Shown: in pieces, positions 6,717 through 14,146 of the stretch
Layout: the number at the start of each line of letters is the position of its first letter
How positions within the stretch are numbered: the first letter of the stretch is position 1
From: Patescibacteria group bacterium
GTDB taxonomy: Bacteria > Patescibacteriota > Minisyncoccia > Sungbacterales > HO2-52-23
Reading direction: 5' to 3'
NCBI GenBank assembly: GCA_038063095.1
Contig: JBBTVQ010000095.1
Location: forward strand, 1-24,924
DNA length: 24,924 nucleotides
Notes under the pieces: model-generated
Database searches by the model: none
The model's input: only the letters and a program-made list of their open reading frames with translations
Told to the model about the DNA's origin: nothing
Made by a program: the position numbers and the translations under genes

Positions 6717-8068
6717 TCTCCGACGCCCGCAGGTGGTGCCTCCCGCAGCGCCTCGCGGACTACCGCGCGGTCGTCCCACGGCATTTTCTCTCCGCGGGCC
6801 AGCATCATCCACGGCTCCGCTCCCTTGCCCGTAATCACTACTGTATCGCCGGACGAGGCAAGGCGCAATGCCTCGCGGATCGCCTCGCGACGGTCAAGAA
6901 TCTTCCTTATATTATTTAGAATTTGTCCCCGATTCAGTCGGGGATTGGAATTTGGAATTTGCGAAAACCCGCTTTCAATATCTTCTAAAATGACTTGCGG
7001 GTTTTCGTCATACGGATCCTCATTTGTCAGAATCATCTGATCGCAATACTCTGCGGCGATCTTCCCGAACTCCGGGCGTTTCCACTTGTCTCTGCCCCCA
7101 CCCGCGGCGCCAAGAACACAGATCAGTTTTTTGTTTTTTGTTTTTGGTTTTTGGTTTTGCTTCAAAAATGCGTACACCGCTTTTAGAGAATCCGGCGTAT
7201 GCGCGTAGTCCACTACTACGGCAAAGGGAGCACGCGCGACAAACTCCATACGGCCAGGGACACCTGACACCCTCCCCACGGCCTCGGCAATGCGCTCCAG
7301 CGCGATACCGTGGGCAAGCCCGACTGCCACAGCCGCCAGAATGTTGTAAAAATTGAAGATACCCAAAAGCGGCGAGCGCACCACCCGCCCCGCCACGGAA
7401 AACGTAATGCCGTCTTGCCCGATGACAACATCGGAAATCTTCCACTGCTTGGCGCCCAACGTAATCGCGTCTTTGCCGTAGAAGGCCGTGCGTGCCGCGG
7501 TGGCTGCCGCAAACCGTCGCCACTGGGCGTCGTCGCGGTTGATCACCGCGACCCCGTCCCGCGGCAGGCGCCAAAACAGATCCAGTTTGGTCCGGAGATA
7601 CGGCTCAAACCCGCCGTGCGCTTCCAGATGCTCGGGTGCCACATGCGTCTCCACGGCGCCCGAGAACCGGATGCCGCGGTGCCGAAACTGCGCGATGCCC
7701 TGACTCGTCACTTCTATCACCGCATACCGGCACCCAGCTCTTACCGCACTCCGCAAAAATCGCTGCACAAAAAAGCGGCCGGGCATGGTCATCTTGAGCG
7801 TATTCGGCGCGGCGGTATTGCCGCGGCGAAATTCTAAACTGGAGCACGACGCAACCGAAGCGCCCGAGGCAGATAACACCTCGTGGAGCAGCCGCACCAC
7901 GGTGGTCTTGCCCTTGGTGCCGGTCACCCCGATGACAATCAGCCGCCTACTGGGGAACCGAAACAGCGCCGCCGCCGCGCATGCCAGCAGGAAGTGATAC
8001 GGCCGCTGCAGGAGAAGAAAAACGCGCTGCGGCAATACCTGTTTTACTTTCGCGAGAAACGTCTCCAT
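6710..8068 (-). CDS. murE: Mur ligase, MurE type (UDP-MurNAc-dipeptide:third amino acid ligase)
   Basis: P-loop GVTGTKGKTT, EVTSQG, PEHLEAH, VPGRME, VVVDYAHTPDSL, GGGRDKWKRP, ILTNEDPYDE, ITGKG.E. Confidence 0.9.
   Translation of the reverse strand: METFLAKVKQVLPQRVFLLLQRPYHFLLACAAAALFRFPSRRLIVIGVTGTKGKTTVVRLLHEVLSASGASVASCSSLEFRRGNTAAPNTLKMTMPGRFFVQRFLRSAVRAGCRYAVIEVTSQGIAQFRHRGIRFSGAVETHVAPEHLEAHGGFEPYLRTKLDLFWRLPRDGVAVINRDDAQWRRFAAATAARTAFYGKDAITLGAKQWKISDVVIGQDGITFSVAGRVVRSPLLGIFNFYNILAAVAVGLAHGIALERIAEAVGRVSGVPGRMEFVARAPFAVVVDYAHTPDSLKAVYAFLKQNQKPKTKNKKLICVLGAAGGGRDKWKRPEFGKIAAEYCDQMILTNEDPYDENPQVILEDIESGFSQIPNSNPRLNRGQILNNIRKILDRREAIREALRLASSGDTVVITGKGAEPWMMLARGEKMPWDDRAVVREALREAPPAGVGEK
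6916..6958. repeat. heptamer array TT(A/G)GAAT interrupted by a 7-bp-arm palindrome, in-frame within murE
   Basis: TTAGAAT(6916-22), TCCCCGA-ttcag-TCGGGGA(6926-44), TTGGAAT x2 (6945-58). Encodes QIPNSNPRLNRGQIL. Confidence 0.7.
7126..7160. repeat. 5 x 7-nt tandem array within murE
   Basis: GTTTTTT GTTTTTT GTTTTTG GTTTTTG GTTTTGC, encoding (K)QNQKPKTKNKKL. Confidence 0.75.
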
Positions 8069-9132
8069 AGGGAATAGAGGAAATATGGACTCGAGCGGTA
8101 TACCGCATCAACTGACGCGGGACGAATCAGAATACTACCGCTGAACCCCTGTTTGAAGCGCGTGAGGCCGGGCCAGCGCGCCTCGTCAATACCCCAGAGG
8201 TCATACGCGGCGCACCCACGGCGCTTGGCTTCCCGTATGATACGCCAATGCAGCAGGTGCGGCGCCATCACTTGGCGATCTGCGCCGGAGGAAGCGCCGT
8301 GCAGATACGTCGCCATCCCTATGGAAGTCGGACTTCCATAGAAATTGATCAGCGCCACGGCGACTGTCGTGCCATGATACTCGGCGAAAAATAACTCATT
8401 GGAGAAACGGTCAGAACGGGTTTCAAGCAATTTTTTGTAGTATTCCTTCAGGTGGGTGCGAAACCCGTCCCGCGCCGCGGTCTCTTGCAGCAGCCGCCAG
8501 AAAATCTCGAAATCGTTCGTCTCCCCGAAACCGACATTCGCTATTCGACATTCGACATTCTTTCTTTCCGCCAGCCGTATGTTGTAGCGGGTTTTCTCAT
8601 GCATCGCGGCGAGCAGTTTTTCTTCCGGCTGGACGAGATCTATAATGATCGTCTCGCGGGGCTGGAGCGATGGCGCTTCACGACACACGAGACACGTATC
8701 ACGATACAAAAGAGGAGCGAGCGGATCTATTTTCAGAAAAATGCTCCTCTCCCGCGCTCCAATCTTCTCTATCTCTCGCAACATCGTGTCTTGTATTATG
8801 TGGCTCGTGAATCGTGAAGGATCGGGGTGCGGCGCGTACAAATAATTCAACCCCAAGGGCAGGTCGTGACGGATGACGAGGACACCCGCCGCGCGCCATG
8901 TTTTCCGGCCCAGGGTATGCTGAAACTGCTCCCATTCCGCGGATTGCAAAAACGAGCGGGTAGTAGAACCCATCTCAAAATTCCATTTCGGCTCCGATAC
9001 GGGATTTTTGGCTGCGGCTTGCGGCTCCGCCTCGCCGTATCCCCGATACGGCTCGGCGTCCGCCGCTTCGCCTCGCCTCAAAAATCCCGTATCTCGCCCC
9101 TGAAAGCGAATTTTGAGATGGGTTCTCATCAT
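8044..9132 (-). CDS. FemAB/FemX-family peptidoglycan peptidyltransferase with an N-terminal in-frame insertion
   Basis: SFLQS.EW..FQ, YLYAPH.P, FLKIDP, HEKTRYNIRLAERK, YLHGAS, APHLLHW.II..AK..G...YDLWGI, GLTRFKQGF. Its ATG overlaps the ruvA stop (ATGA). Confidence 0.9.
   Translation of the reverse strand: MMRTHLKIRFQGRDTGFLRRGEAADAEPYRGYGEAEPQAAAKNPVSEPKWNFEMGSTTRSFLQSAEWEQFQHTLGRKTWRAAGVLVIRHDLPLGLNYLYAPHPDPSRFTSHIIQDTMLREIEKIGARERSIFLKIDPLAPLLYRDTCLVCREAPSLQPRETIIIDLVQPEEKLLAAMHEKTRYNIRLAERKNVECRIANVGFGETNDFEIFWRLLQETAARDGFRTHLKEYYKKLLETRSDRFSNELFFAEYHGTTVAVALINFYGSPTSIGMATYLHGASSGADRQVMAPHLLHWRIIREAKRRGCAAYDLWGIDEARWPGLTRFKQGFSGSILIRPASVDAVYRSSPYFLYSLWRRFSRK
8533..8818. repeat. three degenerate 7-nt arrays inside the Fem gene (8533-8560, 8677-8711, 8784-8818)
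   Basis: GACATTC GCTATTC GACATTC GACATTC; TTCACGA CACACGA GACACGT ATCACGA TACAAAA; TCGTGTC TTGTATT ATGTGGC TCGTGAA TCGTGAA. Confidence 0.65.
8965..9126. mobile_element. 162-bp MITE-like nested inverted-repeat element
   Basis: 19-bp perfect terminal IRs AGAACCCATCTCAAAATTC (8965-8983/9108-9126), 15-bp inner IRs GATACGGGATTTTTG (8996-9010/9079-9093) and an 8-bp central hairpin (9034-9052). Length equals 54 codons. No clear TSD. Confidence 0.7.
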
Positions 9133-9710
9133 TTTTTTCCGCCGATGCGGCGGAGGGCCATCTGCACCCGTTCCTCCACACGCGCGGCCTCGGCCGGTAC
9201 CGCGGCGAGCGCCTCGCGCGCTTCCCGCGGGGAGTAGCCCAGCGCCACGAGCGCGTCCAGCGCGTCGGCCTCGGTCTTCAATTCCGGCGCCTCCACGGTT
9301 TGCCCCCGCCCGGCCATCTTGTCTTTCAACTCCAGCACCACTTTTTCCGCGATCTTTTTCCCGATGCCCGACACCCGCGTCAGATACGACGTGTCTCCGG
9401 CGGCAATGGCTTTTTTGAGCGTATCCGCGGGTGCGATACCGAGAATCCCCAAAGCGCCTTTGGGCCCGATGCCGGAGATGGAAATCAACATCTCAAACAG
9501 TTCCAATTCCGCGTAATGGAAAAACCCGTATAATTCATGGGTGTCCTCGCGCACGTGGTCGTGTAGCCAGAGTTTGACATCGCTGCCTTTCGGTGGCATT
9601 TTTTGAAGCACGTCGCCGCCCAGAAATACCTTATACCCCACGCTCCCTGCCGCAACGACGATAAACTTCTCGCCGGCGAAGATAATACCGCCCTCGATAA
9701 ACGAAATCAT
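9129..9710 (-). CDS. ruvA: Holliday junction branch migration protein RuvA
   Basis: OB domain SVGYKV and ELYGF, HhH motifs SISGIGPKGA and VSGIGKKIAEKVVLELKDK, domain III DALDALVALGY. Confidence 0.96.
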   Translation of the reverse strand: MISFIEGGIIFAGEKFIVVAAGSVGYKVFLGGDVLQKMPPKGSDVKLWLHDHVREDTHELYGFFHYAELELFEMLISISGIGPKGALGILGIAPADTLKKAIAAGDTSYLTRVSGIGKKIAEKVVLELKDKMAGRGQTVEAPELKTEADALDALVALGYSPREAREALAAVPAEAARVEERVQMALRRIGGKK

Positions 9711-9824
9711 ACCGCAAGCATAAATGAAAAAGGCCTTTTAAAAAAGGCCTACGCTGACGGGTGCGGGTGCGCCGCGAACGACTCCTTGTCACAGACGCCA
9801 CCACGGGGAATGGGGCACCGATCT

Positions 9825-9956
9825 TCATCGAGGTACCGGAGGATCACCCCCGCACCGTCCGTCTCTATCACCGATGCGTCCCCAAAAGAACCAACGAGCA
9901 ATAAAGAGGACGCCAAGCAATATTGCTATCGGGATTGAATATTTCCACAATTCCAT
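9825..9956 (-). CDS. small single-pass membrane protein (43 aa; below the ORF-track cutoff)
   Basis: SD GAGGAGGA (revcomp of 9964-9971), then MELWKYSIPIAILLGVLFIARWFFWGRIGDRDGRCGGDPPVPR*. Confidence 0.5.
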   Translation of the reverse strand: MELWKYSIPIAILLGVLFIARWFFWGRIGDRDGRCGGDPPVPR

Positions 9957-10017
9957 GCCCTATTCCTCCTCATAAGTAGATAGATGTTGATCTGTATATC
10001 ATATTGTTACACCGTAT

Positions 10018-12057
10018 ATGAAGTTTCAACTGCGATCAACTTTTACTCCCAGCGGGGACCAGCCCGCCGCGATTGCTACACTCGCGACGAATATGGCCGC
10101 GGGCGTGAAGCACCAGACGCTCCTCGGAGTCACGGGGTCGGGCAAGACATACACCGTTGCGAACGTCATTGAAAAGATCCAAAAGCCCTGCCTCGTCATC
10201 TCGCACAATAAGACCTTGGCGGCCCAGCTCTATCAAGAATTCAAAGAATTTTTTCCGGACAACGCGGTGCGCTACTTCGTCTCCTACTACGACTACTACC
10301 AGCCCGAGGCCTACATTCCCCGCACGGATACGTACATAGAAAAAGACGCCAAGATCAACGAGGTGATTGACGGCCTGCGCCACGCGTCCACCGCCTCGCT
10401 CCTCACGCGCCGCGACGTCATCATCGTGGCCTCGGTCTCGTGCATCTACGGCGTGGGGAGCCCGGAAGAGTACCAAAAGGTTTCCGTGCCGCTCCGGGTG
10501 GGCACGCGCATGAGCAGACAGGTCCTCTTGGCACAACTGGTGGCGCTCCAATACAGCCGCAACCCCGTGGATCCCCGGCAGGGACACTTCCGTACGCGCG
10601 AGAACACCGTGGAAATCCATCTGCCGTCCGGGGAACAAGCGATTATGGTCGTGATTGAACATGGACGCATCGCATCCCTCACTCAAACGTGGAAACTCGG
10701 TTTCCAAGCTGGAAACCGAGTTTCCACGTTACGATCTCTCCGAATCTTTCCGGCAAAGCATTTCGTGACCCCGCAGGACAAACTGGACATCGCGCTTGCG
10801 AACATCCGCCAAGAATTGCGGGACCGGCTGGCGACATTGAAAAGCGAGGGGAATGTATTGGAAGCGGCGCGGCTCAAACAGCGCACCGAGTTTGACCTGG
10901 AGACGCTGCAAACCATGGGCTACGTCAACGGCATTGAGAATTACTCGCGCCACCTGGATTTCCGCGAGCCGGGCACGCCGCCCCACACCCTACTTGATTA
11001 CTTCCGCTATGCCCACGGTGATGATTTCCTCACCGTGATTGACGAGTCGCACGCGACCATCCCCCAGATCCGCGGCATGGAGCGGGGCGACCGCAGCCGC
11101 AAAAACACGCTCGTTCAGTACGGCTTCCGCCTGCCGTCCGCGATGGACAACCGGCCACTCACGTTTGCGGAATTCAATCAGAAAATAAACCGGGTGATCT
11201 ATGCGTCCGCGACCCCCGCCGCGTACGAAATTGACAAGAGTCGGGCACAAGATCCTACTGCCTACAACCTACCACCCACCGCCTCATTTATTACCGAGCA
11301 ACTCATCCGCCCCACCGGCATCTTGGATCCGAAAATTGAAATCCGCCCCACGAAAAACCAGGTGCAGGACATCATTGCGGAAATAAAAATCCGCAGCGCA
11401 AAAAACGAGCGCTCGCTGGTCTTGGCGCTCACCAAGCGGCTCGCCGAGGACATTGCCGAGTACCTCGCGGAAGCGGGCGTGAAAGCCCAGTACCTGCACG
11501 CGGACGTGAAGACCCTGGAGCGCCCCGACATCTTGAATAAATTGCGACTGGGCGAGCACGATGTCATCGTGGGCATCAACCTCCTCCGTGAAGGACTGGA
11601 TCTGCCCGAAGTATCCTTCATCGCGATCTTGGACGCGGACAAAGAAGGATTTTTGCGCAACGAGACCACCCTACTCCAGATCATCGGCCGTGCCGCGCGC
11701 CACACTGATGGGAAAGTGATCCTCTACGCGGATGCGATGACCGGCTCCATGCGCGCCGCGATCCGCGAAACGGATCGGCGCAGAAACATTCAGGAACAAC
11801 ACAACCACGAACACGGCATCACTCCGAAAAAAATTGAAAAGGCGATCCGCGATTCCCTGCGGGAAGAAAAAAAGGATGACACGGAACTCCTCCCTGAGGG
11901 CCCCGCAAAAGAAATCATCAAAGAACTGGAGCGTGAAATGAAAAAAGCCGCGCGCGCCATGGATTTTGAGCGCGCGGCAATATTGAGGGATCGAATCAAA
12001 AGATACAATTCAAAAGATACAACGCATCCGGTGGCGGATAAGGAAGACGGCGAATAG
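10018..12057 (+). CDS. uvrB: excinuclease ABC subunit B
   Basis: GVTGSGKT, beta-hairpin YYDYYQPEAY, IDESH, YGFRLPSA, GINLLREGLDLPEV, QIIGRAAR, C-terminal UVR coiled coil. Confidence 0.98.
   Translation: MKFQLRSTFTPSGDQPAAIATLATNMAAGVKHQTLLGVTGSGKTYTVANVIEKIQKPCLVISHNKTLAAQLYQEFKEFFPDNAVRYFVSYYDYYQPEAYIPRTDTYIEKDAKINEVIDGLRHASTASLLTRRDVIIVASVSCIYGVGSPEEYQKVSVPLRVGTRMSRQVLLAQLVALQYSRNPVDPRQGHFRTRENTVEIHLPSGEQAIMVVIEHGRIASLTQTWKLGFQAGNRVSTLRSLRIFPAKHFVTPQDKLDIALANIRQELRDRLATLKSEGNVLEAARLKQRTEFDLETLQTMGYVNGIENYSRHLDFREPGTPPHTLLDYFRYAHGDDFLTVIDESHATIPQIRGMERGDRSRKNTLVQYGFRLPSAMDNRPLTFAEFNQKINRVIYASATPAAYEIDKSRAQDPTAYNLPPTASFITEQLIRPTGILDPKIEIRPTKNQVQDIIAEIKIRSAKNERSLVLALTKRLAEDIAEYLAEAGVKAQYLHADVKTLERPDILNKLRLGEHDVIVGINLLREGLDLPEVSFIAILDADKEGFLRNETTLLQIIGRAARHTDGKVILYADAMTGSMRAAIRETDRRRNIQEQHNHEHGITPKKIEKAIRDSLREEKKDDTELLPEGPAKEIIKELEREMKKAARAMDFERAAILRDRIKRYNSKDTTHPVADKEDGE
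10686..10730. repeat. perfect 45-bp palindrome (21-bp arms, 3-nt loop) inside uvrB
   Basis: AACGTGGAAACTCGGTTTCCA-agc-TGGAAACCGAGTTTCCACGTT. Confidence 0.9.
11254..11288. repeat. 5 x degenerate 7-nt array inside uvrB
   Basis: CCTACTG CCTACAA CCTACCA CCCACCG CCTCATT, encoding PTAYNLPPTASF between SATP..YE and EQLIRPTG. Confidence 0.65.
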
Positions 12058-12071
12058 CAAAAGCGGCTTTA

Positions 12072-12164
12072 TCATCTGCTGTTTCTCTCGGAACGCCGCG
12101 CCATAAAAAACAACATCAGACCGGCAGCCAACACCGTGAGTATGAAAACAAGAAAAGTGTTCAT
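12072..12164 (-). CDS. possible 30-aa membrane peptide
   Basis: MNTFLVFILTVLAAGLMLFFMARRSERNSR*: one hydrophobic helix with a basic tail, in the uvrB-rpsT gap. Confidence 0.35.
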   Translation of the reverse strand: MNTFLVFILTVLAAGLMLFFMARRSERNSR

Positions 12165-12224
12165 AATAGTACCTGCTTATGACTTGCGCAACGATTGGTA
12201 TGCGGCGAAGTATAAAATCTATGT

Positions 12225-12253
12225 TTGACTTTTTCCTGACTTCGCGATACCAT
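12225..12253 (+). promoter_or_regulatory. sigma70-type promoter of rpsT
   Basis: TTGACT(12225-30)-N17-TACCAT(12248-53), 10 nt before the ATG at 12264. Confidence 0.55.
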
Positions 12254-12263
12254 GCTCTTCACT

Positions 12264-12533
12264 ATGCCCATCACGCAATCCGCAAAAAAAGCGCTCCGCC
12301 AGTCGCTACGGAGGAGAGCGCAGAACCTCGTCCGCAAAGAGGCGTATAAAACCGCGGTAAAAGCCGTGAAGAGGTCTGCGGCGGACGGCAAAAAAGAAGA
12401 CATGACGCAGGCGCTCGCCAGGGCGTATCAGGCGCTGGACAAGGCAGCCAAGACCCGCGCCATTGCCAAAAACAAAGCAAGCCGCCTCAAGTCGCGCCTC
12501 GCGAAATCCATCGGAAAATCGACGACAAAGTGA
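12264..12533 (+). CDS. rpsT: 30S ribosomal protein S20
   Basis: MPITQSAKKALRQS.RR...N...K...KTAVK; LDKAAK...I.KNKASRLKSRL. Confidence 0.96.
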   Translation: MPITQSAKKALRQSLRRRAQNLVRKEAYKTAVKAVKRSAADGKKEDMTQALARAYQALDKAAKTRAIAKNKASRLKSRLAKSIGKSTTK

Positions 12534-12550
12534 TCGGTGGAGCGGACACG

Positions 12551-12580
12551 CGTCCCGCCGCTGCGGGACGTTTTTGATTT
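12551..12580 (+). terminator. intrinsic terminator of rpsT
   Basis: CGTCCCGC-cgct-GCGGGACG followed by TTTTTGATTT. Confidence 0.75.
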
Positions 12581-12607
12581 GACAAACAAAGGCATATTTT
12601 TTATCGT
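12579..12607 (+). promoter_or_regulatory. sigma70-type promoter of the MNT-HEPN operon, probably leaderless
   Basis: TTGACA(12579-84)-N17-TATCGT(12602-07)-N6-ATG(12614). Confidence 0.65.
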
Positions 12608-12613
12608 AGCCGT

Positions 12614-12874
12614 ATGACCGTGGAAGAGATCCGCAATAAAATACTGCCTATTCTCCAGACCAACGGCGCGGCGCGCGTCGGTCTGTTTGGTTCTGCGGCG
12701 CGCGGCGCCGCGAACCCCGATAGTGATATCGACATCCTCGTGGACATCCCAAAGCGGATGACCCTTCTTGATCTTATCGGTATCAAACAGCAGTTGGAAA
12801 AAGTACTCGGGAAAAAAGTGGACCTGGTTGAATATCAAGCGCTCAAGCCGGCGCTGCGAGAAAAAATCCTGTAG
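12614..12874 (+). CDS. minimal nucleotidyltransferase (MntA-type antitoxin), apparently truncated by a premature TAG
   Basis: GSx10DxD motif (GLFGSAARGAANPDSDIDILV) and KVDLV. The frame continues for 6 sense codons past the TAG to a TGA at 12893-95. Confidence 0.9.
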   Translation: MTVEEIRNKILPILQTNGAARVGLFGSAARGAANPDSDIDILVDIPKRMTLLDLIGIKQQLEKVLGKKVDLVEYQALKPALREKIL

Positions 12875-12891
12875 CAGCAGACCGTACTCCT

Positions 12892-13242
12892 ATGACAAAG
12901 GAAATGCGCGTATATCTGGACGATATTCTGGAAAGCATCGGTAAGATTGAGGAGTATACGCGGGGACTCACCCTGACGGCGTTTGAACGCGATATTCAGA
13001 GACAAGACGCGGTCATGAGACGCCCGGAAATCATCGGAGAGGCGGTAAAACATCTTCCGGAAGCGACGAGGACGCACTATCCTGATATACCCTGGCAGCA
13101 AATCGCTGGGATGCGGGACATCCTTATCCACGAGTACTCTTCCGTTTCGCTGGATCGCGTCTGGAACGTAGTCACTGACCACTTGGCAGATCTGAAACAC
13201 ACTACTCAGGAGATTCTGCAAAAAATGTACGGGGACCATTGA
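12892..13242 (+). CDS. HEPN/DUF86 (HepT-like) ribonuclease toxin
   Basis: YL.DILESI..I..Y, EIIGEA, IPW..IAGMRDILIHEY (Rx4HxY), VW.VV...L..L. Confidence 0.92.
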   Translation: MTKEMRVYLDDILESIGKIEEYTRGLTLTAFERDIQRQDAVMRRPEIIGEAVKHLPEATRTHYPDIPWQQIAGMRDILIHEYSSVSLDRVWNVVTDHLADLKHTTQEILQKMYGDH

Positions 13243-13243
13243 G

Positions 13244-14146
13244 TCACCCGAGCATCCGCAGGAGCGACTCACGCGCCGTGGACATACCCGTTTTTATCCG
13301 CCGGTCTTCTTCCAGAAAACGCGAGAGCGCTCGCGTGAGATTTTCAAGAGAAAGCATCGCGACTTGTCGGGATGCTTTTTTTACGACAAAGGGGTGTATC
13401 TTGGCGCTCGCAGGAGGCGACACGCCGCGCTCACTATATGACTTGATGACCAGAAGTTTGCGCGCGTGACTCGCGAGATACGTAAACAACCCCATCTCGT
13501 CCTCGCCCGCGCGAATGAGCGAGAGGAGGATGCGCCGCGCGGGCACCGGTGCCAAGAAAAATGAGTCGCCTAAGTCAAACACGGAATGACGCGCCGCTGG
13601 AGCCGCGGCTCCAGCGGCGCGCCCGAGCGCCGCTTTTTCTATTTCTTGACTGCCGGTCCAGAGGTCCCCGCCGCAAGACATCGCCAGCGCCGTGCGCTCC
13701 GCGGGCGAGAGCGCCGCACCCCGCGCCACGGCTTCCTCTGCGATCCACCGCTGGAGTGCGGTACCGGAGAGCGGCGTGAATTCCTGTGATTTGTCAATGT
13801 ACGTTTCAACGTCTTTGAACCGCTTCTTCGCTTCCGCGTCCAAGGCACCGTCCCACACCACCACCATCATATCTGCGGATGCGCTCTGCGCATCCGCGAG
13901 TGCTGATCGCGCAATGTCAAACTGATGGGGCACGGTAAAGGGCCGCTCCAGCACGATGAGTTTTTTCGCGGCAAACAGCGACCCCCCGCGGCAGCCCAAG
14001 CGAAATTCCTGCAAATCATCCTCCGCCGCGTCAAACCGATGCAGATCAAGAACCCCCCCGGCGTGTTTCTCGCGATATGCGTCAATAATCTCCCGCAGTT
14101 TCCCGCGGCTCCGATAGGTATCGGGTCCGTATAAAAAATAATTCAT
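13244..14146 (-). CDS. holA: DNA polymerase III subunit delta
   Basis: MNYFLYGPDTYRSRGKL, SLFA.KKLIVLE, L..WI, GDLW...QEIEK, IHPFVVKKA, D..IKTG. Length (300 aa) fits. Confidence 0.85.
   Translation of the reverse strand: MNYFLYGPDTYRSRGKLREIIDAYREKHAGGVLDLHRFDAAEDDLQEFRLGCRGGSLFAAKKLIVLERPFTVPHQFDIARSALADAQSASADMMVVVWDGALDAEAKKRFKDVETYIDKSQEFTPLSGTALQRWIAEEAVARGAALSPAERTALAMSCGGDLWTGSQEIEKAALGRAAGAAAPAARHSVFDLGDSFFLAPVPARRILLSLIRAGEDEMGLFTYLASHARKLLVIKSYSERGVSPPASAKIHPFVVKKASRQVAMLSLENLTRALSRFLEEDRRIKTGMSTARESLLRMLG

Noticed and set aside
9631-9828. 65-aa ORF with an ATGA overlap to the 43-aa membrane ORF
   Set aside because: It overlaps ruvA by 80 nt in another frame, crosses a palindrome (9731-9750), and has low-complexity Arg-rich composition.
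9992-10007. Possible LexA/SOS box upstream of uvrB (CTGTATATCATATTGT)
   Set aside because: Only the left CTGT half-site matches, there is no dyad symmetry, and the LexA motif for this lineage cannot be established here.
12872-12874. Amber or opal recoding as an explanation for the MNT TAG
   Set aside because: TAG terminates uvrB and TGA terminates polA, holA and ruvA at expected positions, so the standard code applies.
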